This document shows, piece after piece, positions 1 to 12,755 of a DNA stretch of 64,000 nt. Below the pieces are notes generated by a model, which was not told where the DNA came from, searched no databases, and worked only from the letters and a program-made list of their open reading frames with translations. The stretch comes from Squalus acanthias (Eukaryota). The position numbers and the translations under genes are program-made. The first letter of the stretch is position 1. Every line of letters starts with the position of its first letter. The stretch covers positions 114,578,001 through 114,642,000 of the forward strand of contig CM059431.1 in NCBI GenBank assembly GCA_030390025.1, written 5' to 3'.

Positions 1-1903
1 AGGAAGGACCAAGGAAAATCCTGTTGAATTGGACATGGAAACAATGCTCAGTAGTATTTTAGATGTCCGTGTGACATGGCACATTTAAGATTACTTCTGA
101 ATCTGCATAGTCATGCCACATTCTCCTTGAATGTCCACAGCACTGGGACCCCCGGTCTCCAATTGGATAGGGATTCTTAAGCGCATTTCTGGAGTTTCTT
201 TCATTTTAGCTTGGAGAACAACGAAGTACAAACATGGTATGGGGGCATTACCTATGGAGCACTGACATCTTGATACACATTGGAACTGCTGATTTGCCAT
301 ACTCCTCAGGTAGTATATCATTCTGAGTTGCATCTTAGAATAAATACATTTTCAATGATGTAACATTACAAATCACTATTATTGTATTATTAAGGCCAAT
401 ACTAGCATCAGGAATAAAATTCTGTGAGCACAGTCAATGGAAAGGTAAATCGTGCAGGATGCGTAATGGGCTGCCACTAGTTTTCCGCCACCACCACCAA
501 AGTTAAAATGACGCCTTGTATTTCTGATTTGGCATCGATGATTGGTTTACTGTTTTTTAAAAAGAAAAAAGTAAGCTGTTAGTGTTGTTAAATTTTCTAC
601 CTGACATCACTGATGAGAAGCTATTATCCAATGGACCTTGACTTCGGCTGGTCAATCAAAAAGTCGATACTGCATTATCTATTCAATAAATATGGTCACA
701 ATAAGAAAACATTTTAATTAGGTAGCTTAGTGGTTCTTTTCATGAAAATGCCGATGCAGTGTTCCACAGAACACGGGTTTATACCCATAATTCCTTGCAC
801 AAGTTCCTGATCTCAGCTGTGTGATTGGAAAGCCACCAAGCAGTATCCAGGCAGAGAGAGGGAAAGAGTCACGCAGTCCACTCTCTTACATCTCCTAGTG
901 GTCAGCTTTAGTGCACAACCAACAGATGGCTGGTTAAAGATTGTCTGGCTGCCTGGCTCAGACTGACCTAAAGAGAGATGAAAACTAAAGAAATAACTTA
1001 ATAAAAAAAAAGTTGATTGAGATAAATGTACTCAGTAAGTACTTCTGAAACGTGTTATAGTACTTGTCAAACATTGCACGGTACTGAACCTTTTAAAGTA
1101 TAAATGAAATGTAGTACCCATAGGTCCTATAGGTGATCTTGCTTTGTTAAATAGACAGGATGGATAGTGGTAATAAAATAAAGCTCCAGTAGATGGGAAG
1201 TGGTAGAGAGGTATTGATTTGGTAACATTATTTTAAATAGAGTTGGTGAGTGCACTCTCCTGTGTGGAACTCACCTACAGAATTTGAAGGCCCCAGGTTA
1301 GATGCCCAGTCTGATTTCAGCCAGACTGGTGGTAAGGAGAAATATCAGTCCAGGTTCTTACTCCTGATCACTATCCAGTGATCCCTGTTGGAAAGTGCAT
1401 GGGTATGGGTATCGAATGAGGACAGGCTGAGGCATAGCTATGATATTCCATCCTGTCAATACTCACTGTCTAGTTTCATACATGAAGAACTGCCATTTGA
1501 GTGAGAGTCAGCACCTTCATGAGAGGAGGGAAAAATTACTAACATGCTGATCTTAGGATAATGGCACTTTAGTATAATTTTCACATGGCCTAGCTTTTCT
1601 GCTGTATAACTTTTCTCTCCAACTTTGCTGATCGGACTGCTTGGTTCTCATGAAAAAGAAAGTCTGCTCAAGGGCTTTTTAAATACATCACTGAGCAATT
1701 ACCAGCCTTGTTGTTCTTTTAAATGCTCAAAATGATGTGTTAATATGTCTGTAATTGCAGCAGTTCAATGAGGTGAGGGTACTTTTTGTTGCTAAATTTA
1801 AAAGGGGCGATTTTAACCCAGCCCATCCAGGTGACTGACCCGGCAACATCCCACAGCCTTTGATTTTAACCTGCTCTTCTCCCTTTCATCTTTAAATATG
1901 TAT

Positions 1904-2135
1904 GTGAGAAGTCGCACAACACCAGGTTATAGTCCAACAGCTTTATTTGAAATCACAAGCTTTCGGAGCGCTGCTCCTTCGTCAGGTGAAGTGAAGAGAT
2001 GCATATAGGCACAGCATATATAGTCAGAGAACACTGCCAGATGATTACAGTTAATCTTTCTAACTGCCCTTTATCACACTTCGGCAGAGAGATAATCATA
2101 GCAATCCAAGGTGTGGATGGTGTCCAAACAGGTCA
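1904..2135 (-). mobile_element. Penelope-like element terminal (pseudo-LTR) fragment
   Basis: ACAACACCAGGTTATAGTCCAACAG block repeated at about 6328; contains a hammerhead core and AATAAA on -. The right boundary is approximate. Confidence 0.72.
1953..1989 (-). ncRNA. Minimal type I hammerhead ribozyme (Penelope-associated)
   Basis: Minus strand UCAC-CUGACGA-A-GGAGC-AGC-GCUCC-GAAA-GC-UU-GUGA: stem I UCAC/GUGA, core CUGAnGA and GAAA, stem II GGAGC/GCUCC, palindromic AGCU in place of stem III. Confidence 0.8.
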
Positions 2136-2163
2136 GTCAGGAAAACATTACTTTAAAGACAAT

Positions 2164-2926
2164 GGCCCGAAAATTAGACCTAATACGCGAGAGTACGCAC
2201 TGTGTACTCTCGCGTATTAGGTCCCGAATTGCCGGTTTCCTGCATGCACTGCGCATGCGCGGGAAACCGGCACTTCGTGTATTGCAAAGGGGGCGGTTCC
2301 TAAGTGAACCGCGTGCACACTACAGGTTGTGCGCACGCAGTGCACTTAGTTTTTTTTTCAGGTTTGAACGCGCAGGTAAGTGTTGAAGATTTTACGCATA
2401 AAGAAAGGAGGCGTAAGACCCCCTTTTAACAAGGTAAGTAGTTAATTAAGTGTTATTTTAATTTTTTTTCAACAGGTTTATCTTTTTTAGAGACTTTAAA
2501 GAAAGGTAAGTTTATTTTTATAACTTTTAAAAAGATTTTAAAATTTTTCAAAAATTTAATTTTTTGTTTAAAGTGGTTAATTTATTTAACTATAGTTATT
2601 TTATTAATGTGATGGCTTTTTTTTTATTTAATTGAGATTTAGCTGTTCTTTTGGGGGCTTGTAGTATTCATAGCTTTGACAGCCCTTGCTGTCAAAACTA
2701 TGAATGAAAGATGGTGTGCTGCCATTGGCTCTAACTGAATCACGTGATCCCAGAGCTCGCACGAACTAATTGCGCCTCTGGGACACGCAAGCACTGCACA
2801 GTTGCAACAGGGAGAGGCCCTGAAACTGAAGTCCGTGTGGGCCCGAAACAAAAAGGTAGGCGCGGAGTGCGATATCGCGGGGAATCCTTACCCCCGCGGG
2901 AACCATCGATGTTTAATTTCTGGGCC
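2164..2926. mobile_element. Harbinger-type MITE, family A
   Basis: GGCCCGAAAATTA...TAATTTCTGGGCC; flanks AAT/ATT; homologous in reverse to 25156-25906. Confidence 0.82.
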
Positions 2927-3054
2927 ATTGAGGTGGGGTCACAAGGGGTCAAATGTGGCAGATGCTGGGGTCTGTATGGAAAACAAAAAACTTTTTTTGC
3001 TGGAAATATGTAGATCAGGCTCCGATGATGTCATCAGGGTCCAACTGCTATTTT

Positions 3055-4530
3055 AACCATGGAGGATGCAATTAAAGTTTACAAAGGGATTTATACCACT
3101 TATGAAATGGGGCAGGCAAATAGCAAATTAAATTTAAAACCAACAAATGTAAACTACTGGACAGTGGGTGAAAAGATGTACAATAGAAGAATGGAATAGA
3201 ATTAGGACAGAAATACTTTGAAAGGGGCCTGGGCACAATAGTAGACTCATCACTCTGGATAATGCAGCAAAGCAATTTTAAAATGCAAACAAAATGCTCA
3301 AATATGTAGCCAAAACAATAGAGTATCGGGCAGATTTCCCAAGTCCTTGCACACCACAAGCCGGCATCAGAAATATCGGGGGCAGCCCCATGATTTTCCA
3401 AAGTGCATTTGCAGCGTGCAAGGTATCTTGCCACGTGTGGAGGGCTGGCAAATCCAACCTTATAAAGCCTAAAGAGGTCATGCTGAGACTTTGCAATGAA
3501 CTAGCCAGATTATATTTAGTATCGTGTTCAATTCTGGTGACCACACAACAAGAAGTATGTACACAAATTGGAGAAGGGACAAGAAGAGCAACAAGAATAA
3601 GCCTGAATACAAAGAGAATGGGCTAAATGGGGAAAAATGATAGAAGCTCAAGTTCTACAGTCTTGAGAGAAGGTTAAGGGAACCTCATTAAGGTGTTTAA
3701 ATATTAAATCATAATAAACATAGAAACATAGAAGATAGGAGCAGGAGCAGGCCATTCAGCCCCTCGAGCCTGCTCCGCCATTCAATTCGATCATGGCTGA
3801 TCATCCAAATTCAGTACCCTGTCCCTGCCTTCTCTCCATATCCCTTGATCCCTTTAGCTTTAAGAAATATATCTAACTCCTTCTTGAATATATTTAATGA
3901 ATTGGCCTCTACTGCCTTCTGTGGTAGAGAATTCCACAGGTTCACCACTCTCTGGGTGAAGAAATTCCTCCTCATCTCAGTCCTAAATGGCTTACCCCTT
4001 ATCCTTAGACTGTGACCCCTGGTTCTGGACTCCCCGGCCATCGGGAACATCCTTCCTGCATCTAGTCTGTCTAGTCCTATTAGAATTTTATAAGTTTCAA
4101 TGAGATCCCCTCTCATTCTTCTAAACTCCAGCGAGCATAAGCCCAATCGACCCAATCTCTCCTCATACGTCATTCCTGCCATCCCAGGTATCAGCCTGGT
4201 GAATCTTTGCTGCACTCCCTCCATGGCAAGAACATCCTTCCTCAGATAAGGCGACCAAAACTGCACACAGTACTCAAGCTAAATCTGGAATTTTACTTCA
4301 AAATACGTAAGGTTAGTAGGATCAGAGAGCATAAATTTAATTTAGTGAAAAGCAAATTTGGAAACAAATATGGGAAGAACCTCTTTATTCACAATTGACA
4401 AATCTTCCAGGTGAAGCAGTACCAGAGCATTCAAAATGCAGGTGGATTTTCAGATGGGTTTGTTACGATAACAGATATTAAGCTTCCTTGGGTCAAATGA
4501 TCTTTTTCCATCCTTGACTGTTTTAATGCT
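3055..4530 (+). mobile_element. Old, decayed CR1-clade LINE 3' region interrupted by a young CR1
   Basis: Degenerate ORF2 C-terminal motifs either side of the insert (MLKYVAKTIEY..., EVMLRLCNELARLYL, FYFKIRKVSRIREHKFNLVK). Confidence 0.7.
3717..4277 (-). mobile_element. CR1 LINE 3' fragment (young) nested in an older CR1
   Basis: ORF 3811..4266 is nearly identical to 32200..32934; 8-mer tail. Confidence 0.95.
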
Positions 4531-5048
4531 CTTTAGTCGAATTGTATTAATGCCCCTTGTACAAATGACTGGTCCTGACAACACAACTTTCGAAATCTTC
4601 AAGGACACACTCTCAGATCCATTGTTCTAACTGAGCCAGCCGGGGAACGGGTAGATTTTCTTTCCAAAAGGAACACTGACCCAGACAGGTGGAGCAGTTG
4701 TGTGCTGCTCCTGTCAAAACCTTCTGGGGAGACGCACTGACACAGCGCAGAGAGCCAGCTTGGTGGCCACTTGCTTATTTTTCATTCCCCGGATACCCCA
4801 GATGTCTCTCCTTCAGTTTGACAATTAAAAAGAAGAGTTATTAGGGTTAATAGTCCAACCACGCTTTCAGTGGGAAGCCTCGCCTCCCAGCAGCACCGAT
4901 TGGAAATGCGAGCATGCCCCGCTCACCATTTGCCAACCATGATTGAAAAATTGACCAGCGAGCCACCAATATGTGCTGCCAACAGATAAGAGTCCTTTCC
5001 AGGAGCATAAACTGAGAACATTACTCCTGTTGAGTATATTTGTAAATA

Positions 5049-5372
5049 CAGGAAACTCTTTGGTGTCCGGCACCTACGGGACCGGGATGGTGCCGGTTGA
5101 TTAAAAATTCCGGATAACGGAGAGGGTTATCTACCGAGGCTATTTTTAACAAACAAAGAGTCAGACTCCTGTTATTGAGGTGTTCGGACTTCCGACAGCG
5201 CCAAAAGCCGAGTAGTGGCAGTTTGGAGAACTACCCCCCACTGACTGACTCGGCCACCGCGGGAGACTCGGACTCGGCAACATTTCCGGTTATTGAGGTG
5301 TTTTCGGAGTATGAATTTTGCCGGTTAATAGAGAATTACGGATATTTAGGTGCCGTTTAAACGAGTTTCCTG
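5049..5372. mobile_element. Tc1/mariner-pogo (Tigger-like) MITE
   Basis: TA-CAGGAAACTC...GAGTTTCCTG-TA; internal repeated CCGG(A/T)TA(A/T) motifs. Confidence 0.85.
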
Positions 5373-6282
5373 TATATATGAAATAATGACAATATTTGCA
5401 ATGATGTGCATTTTAAAAATATATACAGTTAGAAATTACTGTTGGTGATATTAATGGATAAACATTTCACATGGTTGAATAATACTCCTGTCTGAATGGG
5501 TCAATGTCCCTTTAAAATAGGGGACAAAGGAATGTCAGGTGAGTATTTTAGCACTTGTCTGCTAATATCAGCCAACACCAATTTGTAGCTTAGAGATTCT
5601 CATGTTAAATGAATAATGGAGGTTATTTGTATACACTGAAGCTAAAGACTGTATTAAGTGTCTATGCAGATCCAAACAGTATCATTCTCAAACGGATATC
5701 ACTGCCAATTATGCCAGGAAAAGGGTTTGGCATTAAAACATATTTCAATCGACAGCAACATCTTTGTTTGCAAATGTGAAGCTCAGCGTGAGGATTTGAA
5801 CAAAGGAAATTAATGCAATTCTGCACAAGTTCTAACTTATTTAAAATCATTCAAGCAACAATAAATTCAACAAGATCTAATGTCAAATTTAATGCTATAA
5901 CTAGATCACTGTCATGAGCAAACCTGGCGAGCAAACTGGCCAGAACATTTTAATAATTGATTTGCAACATTGTAATCAGCAACTGAGCCTTTTACAAAGT
6001 AAATATGTGAGTGAGTTTCAAACACAGGTTTGAGGTTGCTTCTGATGCCATTGGACTCGATTTTTGTGGGATCTTTGAAATCAATATCTATATTTGTAAT
6101 TCTAATATTACAAGAGAAACCACATGAGCTCTGGTGCTATATGATATTTAAATAAATGGAACTAACTGCGTAAAGCTTAAGCAACAGAGTATTTATTGAA
6201 AGTCGTATCACATCAGGACCTATGCAGTATTCTATTTATGCAACGGTTAACTATCGTAAGTTGTTGAAGTTTATAATGATGC

Positions 6283-6380
6283 GGAGATGCCGGTGTTGGA
6301 CTGGGGTGGACAAAAATGAGAAGTTGCACAACACCAGGTTATAGTCCAACAGTTTTATTTGAAATTACGAGCTTTCGGAG
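6283..6380 (-). mobile_element. Penelope-like terminal fragment truncated within the hammerhead
   Basis: Matches 1904-1968 and stops at GCTTTCGGAG. Confidence 0.7.
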
Positions 6381-6538
6381 TTTATAATGTGAATGATGAA
6401 AAGTAAAATAAGTGGAGGTCCTGCCTTATACATAAGCCTGGTGACACAGAGGAATAGTGCAGCTGCATGTGGTAATTGAGCTGATCTACTGGTAATTGGG
6501 GTTGAGTCCTTGTCGTAGGTGGATATTTTAGACTCATT

Positions 6539-7331
6539 GGGGGAGAAATTCATTATAGTCCAGGAATGGGCGGTAACTTTTGAAAAGTTTGAGAATTAGC
6601 GCCAGGCACTAATGCTTCAGACTTTATGCAAAATTCAGTCTCATTGCACAAAGAAAGGATGGGAGTGCTAAATCAAGCACTAATGGCCTAGCTCAGTGGT
6701 GTTAAACTTTAAGCGCTGACCAATATCAGGTACAGTCTAATCACAAGCCATCATTGCCACAGGCTCTTTCCAGTTCTTAAAGGGGAGGTTCGTGATGCTG
6801 CAGAACCTCATTCCCATCATTGCTGCCAGTACAGTCCCCCATTAATGTAGCACTTTGATATGTTGTGAGAATAAATGTAACTAATTCTTAGTAGCCGCAA
6901 CACTCCTGATACTAAACAACCTTTAAATGACTGAATTAAACTGTTGCACAATGTCAAACTGATAACGAAGCAGTGAAACAGCACTAACCTGACAGCTGCG
7001 ACTCATTACTTATGATCCCTTTAAGTAGCGCCCCTGGAGCTGGCATCTGCCTGCTTGACCCCTCCTCTCCCTGTTGCTGTCAGGACGAGGCGCTAAGGCA
7101 GGGGGGCGACAATGAATTTTGCAGATCGGGCGCCCAGTGAGCGTTGCACTTGGCTCCCAGTCACAGTTTGCCTGGCGCTGAAGTCCCAAGCGGTAACTGT
7201 TAGCTGCGGCACTATGGGGGGTGCCGGATTTGACGTGCACCACTGGATTTGCCTTGCCGTGGCACTACTGCCTCAGCGCCCCGTTAGCGCCCCCCGCCAC
7301 TGGAGGTGCTAAGGTACCGAATTTTTCCCCC
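6539..7331. mobile_element. Harbinger-type non-autonomous element
   Basis: GGGGGAGAAATTC...GAATTTTTCCCCC; internal TTAAAGGGGAGGTTC...ATGCTGCAG resembles 26173-26200 of the coding element. Confidence 0.75.
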
Positions 7332-7374
7332 AAAGTTTTGTTACTTCTAAGATAGTCATATATAATATTTCTAC

Positions 7375-7552
7375 GGGGGTAATTTTACCTTTGGGCAAAA
7401 CAGACGATATTGAATTAGCTGCCCAATATATACCATGCCTGATATTCCTTTCCAATTAAGTCAATGGAAGGGAAATTGTGACGGGGCGTATAATGGATGG
7501 CCAATTCAATATTGCTCGTTTTACATGATTGCCAAAAGTTAAAATTACCCCC
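7375..7552. mobile_element. Short fold-back MITE
   Basis: GGGGGTAATTTT...AAAATTACCCCC; TSD TAC/TAC; partial relatives at about 440-515 and 11088-11204. Confidence 0.85.
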
Positions 7553-8191
7553 TACATGTTTACCTTTATTCAAGCCTTTTTGTGTTGGCATGGTTTATTG
7601 GCCCCACGGGAAAGTGTAAGCATCATTTCAAACATGTTGCTGCCCCAATAGTCAAATGCAGGCCTCTGAAACCGTGGCTGCAGACTGATATTATACAGGA
7701 CCATAGCCTACTGAATAATTTGCCGTTCGTAATAAACAGCAGGACAATAAATCTGGTTCAGGTTTGTAATCTCATTCATTTTCATTTATGAAGAATCTGG
7801 ATTTCTGCGTTAAAATTAAAATAATCAGCCTTAAAACAATCGCTAGCAGGACAGTGTAAATGAAGTAATGCTCGCACATTTCTGTCATTATACTTTACCT
7901 GCTTCCTTTAAATAGCAGAACCTGATGGAAGCTTATTTTTACAGATGCTGTAAGACACAAGCTGTGAGAATACTCCCAAAGCTGCCTAGAGCTCTCAGCA
8001 TTCCACGGTGTAAATCATTGCTACATCCTTAAATGTACTGCAAAAGAGAAAAGTTTCACCTGAGTTCTAAAAATATTGAATTTTAATTTATTTTCAAAGA
8101 TGTAATTTTAAAGAGAATGTACCAGTTTATCTGAAACATTTTGCACAATGGAAAAAAATACAACAAATCAGTCTATTGGGAAAAAAATATT

Positions 8192-8965
8192 GGCCTGGAA
8201 TTTGCGGTCCCGATGACGGCTAACTGGCAGCCTTTGAAACTGACCGCAACTTCAGGAATTAGCGCATGCACAGTCTAATGTGGAAATCCTGAAGTTGCGG
8301 TCTGTCATTCACTGCTACGCCACAGGCTGCGCTGTGCCCCCACCGCCCTCGCCCCCGCCCCCCCCCCCCCCCCCCCCCCTCAGAACCGGCAATCTGTGTA
8401 ATCACTCAAATCAGGGAAACTGACGAAATTTTCTACTCATCCACAGTAATACCGCTGTTAAATTCCCCACTAAAAGTTAGACCCAAAGGGATTAGGCGTA
8501 ACTGGAGTTTTAACAGTGTACTGACTGCTAAACAAAGGTTACAGGCCTGAAAAACTAATTTTAATTTGGTGCCGTGTCAAATGTGTCCATTTTAATTAAA
8601 ATTTTAAATTTTAAGAAACTTTAAAAAATTTGTTCATCTTTATTTCAGGTTTTCCTTTTCCCCATGTGAGAGCCCCAATCTTTGTTTTGCTACCTCTAAC
8701 ATTTTAAAAAAGTTAGAGTTTTAAGAGCTTACCCACTTTCTTGTTCGCTATCTGTGAGAGTTCTGCATTTTGATTGGTTGCTTAGACAGCTTGTTGACGT
8801 CACAGCAGCTCGCACTAGGGGATCCCCACTATACTCCATTGATTTAAATTACACGTCGGGAAACCCAAACTTCTCAACATAGAGATCGCGAGATCTTTGT
8901 GCAAAGCTTACTTCGGAGCCAGCGGCGAATGCCTATGCTTCGCCACTGCCGGCGCACTCCAGGCC
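8192..8965. mobile_element. Harbinger-type MITE, family B
   Basis: GGCCTGGA...TCCAGGCC; TSD ATT/ATT; reverse homologue at 31871-34106. Confidence 0.85.
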
Positions 8966-9120
8966 ATTATATTTAGTGTTTAGTCAGCTAAATGATTTAG
9001 TTTTCGAATCAATTCTCCCCCTCAATGTTCCCCCCTCATCTGGAAGTCTGCTGGGATTTATTTCCACGTTGGCTTGTCTCCCTTACCCAGTTGCCTGTTA
9101 TTTGTGAGTTTAGACAGTAA

Positions 9121-9290
9121 GGGGTAGATCGTGGCTTGTGCGATTAGTGTAGAACGGGTGATAACGAGTCAGCAGCCTGTTTTACATTGCTCCTGAGTTT
9201 TATTTCCGTTGAAATCGGGGGAGATATAAAACGGGCTGCCGACTTGTAATCACCCGTTTTACACTAACGCACAAAGTCAAGATTGACCCC
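9121..9290. mobile_element. Short fold-back MITE nested in a SINE
   Basis: GGGGTAGATC...GATTGACCCC with near full-length palindromy; same family as 12582-12755. Confidence 0.85.
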
Positions 9291-10189
9291 AAAGTGTCAG
9301 CTGAATATTTAACTGGGGTGGGTCATCACAGCCAAATCCAATCCAATCCTATCCTCACTGAGTATCTACAGAGAGACAGGCTTACTTGGAAGGGATCAGG
9401 GGCAAGAATTGGCTATTTTCTCAGCCTTAACCCAGGGACACTGATGCTACACCACCTCAGCTGTGACCAGTTAACTCAACACAGACCAGGGACTGGACCT
9501 GGCATTTCTATGGTCTGCAGATTTATTTTCAAAAGCCATTTAATTTTCCCCCATACACAGTGAATTCAAACTAATTATTGACTAAGAATCTCAAGCTTCA
9601 CCTCACCTGTCTGTCAGCCCTCATTAAAATCTTACTCTACTATTCTGAAAAGCATGGCTCAGATTTTGACCTATTCAACTGAACATTTGCTTAATAAATG
9701 TTCACAAGAGCAACAGTGCAGAGTGAAAGATCCTGAATGGCAGTAAATTATTAACTTTGTCGCAGAGGGAGTGCCATTTATGACTTTTCAGAATGAGTTA
9801 TTATGTGAATCATCATATAATTATGAATGTTTCTAGCCATGATAGAGGAAAATTGAATATTTAATATTTCATAGACATATTCTGCACTGAGGACATCTCT
9901 AAAAATTTTATGATAATTTTCCAGCACACAGAGGACAGAACAAAAGTTATAAAGCCATCACAAGGTAGAACATTTAATCTTTATTGACCACTAAAGTTCT
10001 TACTGTGGACTTCATTCTACATGGCCGTATGACTGAAATTTGTTGGATGTCTATCCCTATCTGATACTATCAGTGTTAATCTTTTGCTATTTTTTTCATC
10101 GTGACATTCATTCATTGTAAAAGGCATTGTCTGTAGAGATATGATCGCAATGAGAAAGTAGTAACTTTGACCAACTCAACATAAGATTT

Positions 10190-10545
10190 CATACCAACTT
10201 CCTTCGCCCCATCATTGGCGGCTGTGCCTTCAGCTGTCTAAGCCCTAAGTTCAGGATTTCCCTTCCTAAACCTCGCCGCCTCTTCACCACTCTCTCCTCC
10301 TTTAAGACCAAACTTTAGGTCACCCATCCTAACATCTCCTCTTTTGGTTCGGTGTCAGGTTTTGTCTGATTCCTTTGAAGCATCTTAGGACATTTTACTA
10401 CATTAACAACAACAACAACGTGTATTTATATAGCGCCTTTAACGTAGTAAAACGTCCCAAGGCACTGCACAGGAGTATTTTAAGACAACAAATTTGACGC
10501 TATATGATTAAATTAAAGGCACTATATGAATGCAAGATATTGTTG
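10190..10545 (+). mobile_element. L2 3' fragment containing an inverted L2 tail (about 10404-10498)
   Basis: Homologous to 44660-44930; the inner segment matches 41887-41980. Confidence 0.8.
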
Positions 10546-12581
10546 TAGTATTGTCTGCTTGTATGATGTCTGCTACAATAGAAGACGACAACACTAGGTT
10601 TTTTTTCACCAATTATTTTCTCCCTCATCTCACAAAGCTGCCAATGATTACTAGATTATGGTTCCTTTAGTCCTGGAAGCCCTCTGGTAACTTTCCCAAT
10701 TGGCTAGTTTTCTTGTGTGAGCCCAGATAATTAGTATTGGCAGGCTATTTAATGTGGGAGGCATCACATCCAAGCTTGATCTTGTCCTCTTGTGTGGACT
10801 TCCAGCAGAATTCATCGGGCTGTGATCAGCAGCAGGAATGTGATTAGTATATTTTCCCCTCTGTAGCCCAAGGCACTGAGACCAATTCAGGTAGTGCGCC
10901 CATCGCTACCCCAACTGAAGCCACAAACACCAGGGGATCAAACTAGGGGTCTTCCTGATCAATTTTCAACTTCATTCATTTTTTATTACAAGTGACAGCA
11001 TGTTTCAAGAGATTTTGAGATTGTCTCATCGCTGGACCATTTCCAGAGAACTACAAATATCTGCTTGTGAAGTTAATTGAAAATACAGGGGGTAATTTTA
11101 ACCTAACCCCAGTCAATGAAAAGTAAAATCGGGCAGATGTAAAACGGGCGGCCGATCCAATCCCATCAGTTTCCCACATGTCAGGCAAGGTTAAAACTAT
11201 CCCCATAGTTTTCATGGATTTGCTACAGGGTTGTGTTCTTAAAGAATAAATAAAATCACTTGTAACCTCCTGGAATTTCTGTAGTTAGTTTATTTGGATC
11301 AGTCTGCATTCTAATGGGTCCTCACGATGGTTAAGCCTGATCATCATTAACTTTTGAATCATTTTCTTCCCAATTCCTCCTTCTTCTCACTGCCTCCTTC
11401 CTTTAGCTGGAAAAGCTAACTGGTTGAGGCCACAGTCTTCTTCATGGCTGCTCATTACTACCGGTTTGCGCAGCAGAAGAATCACTTATATGGACCATCT
11501 CTGCTAAATATTCCTCCCTTCCTCCCTTCCCAGTTCTATTCCCAAAGATAGATTGATCTGCTGCTGTTGTGTACAGCAGTGTGACCAGGAGTCACTCGAT
11601 GAAAACCTTCAGGCTTGAGTGTCAGCTTTGAACTGATGGCCTTCTCAAGTTTCGAGTCTGATGTCTAACTATTCAAAATTCCAGCAACTCAGAATTCTGA
11701 ATTTGTGATATTGACTTGAAATTGGTGAGTACAGTTCACTGCATTAAACCACTGCTCTTCACTTCTAGGATTTGTCTGAAACCAGCCCAGTCAAAGAGGA
11801 TGATTACTTCTTGGTCCTCTTTCTTTAAAAGCTATTAAGGATCATAATTGAAATGAGTGAGCACAATCCTAATTTGTTTTTAATTGGACCCACAACACAA
11901 ACTGACCTCCACTCTACCTCTGTTCTATCCATTCATTAATACTTGCTATCCCATTATACTCAGGTGAACAGTAGTTATATGTATTCAAAAGCTATAAGAA
12001 ACAAACATGACCACCAGTAAATTGCAGCTGAGTAACTGATGGGATAATCTGTGTTTATTTATGAGCATTGGCTAGTGTACTGTGCAAATTCTATAATTCC
12101 CTAGTGAGCTAATTTTAGGAAGACTTAAGTCGCGTTGGACAGATCAATGAATAATTCTTCTGTGAGTATAGAATTCCAATGTAACATTGATTCATTTGAA
12201 TTCTATAGAAATCCTGATCCAAGCACCATATTTTGTAGCAGATTGGTTGTTACCTGTTTATCAGACCGTAGGTTTTTAAGCTTTATTTTCTATAGGTACT
12301 AAATGAAAATGTGAATTGTGCTTTAAAACATCATCAGCCTCATTATCTTTCATGCAATAACTAAGTAAAATTTGAATATAGTACAAATAGCTTTAATATA
12401 ACAGTATATGTGGCTGGTCAGGTAGCTACAATGCTGCACCATTGGACTGCTGGCTGAGAGATCCAGCTTCAAATCCCAGTCATTTGGATTTGAGTTTCCC
12501 TGAAAGAGTAAGTTGGATTTACTCATGTACAGTACCATGGAGCAATAGGATGTGGTTTCACAAAAGCAGTTCCCACACGGT

Positions 12582-12755
12582 GGGGTCAATCTTGACTCTG
12601 TGTGATAGTGTAAAATGGGTGATAGTGAGCTGGCAGCCTGTTTTACATCTCTCCCCATTGTTCTTTCCATTGATTTCAATGGGGAGAGATGGAAAACGGG
12701 CTGCCGACTCACTATCACCCGTTTTACACTATCGCACAAAGACAAGATCTACCCC
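12582..12755. mobile_element. Short fold-back MITE
   Basis: About 75-bp arms highly self-complementary; flanks GGT/AGT. Confidence 0.88.

Noticed and set aside
91..333. 80-aa minus-strand ORF as a gene
   Set aside because: No recognisable homology; only a weak exon candidate.
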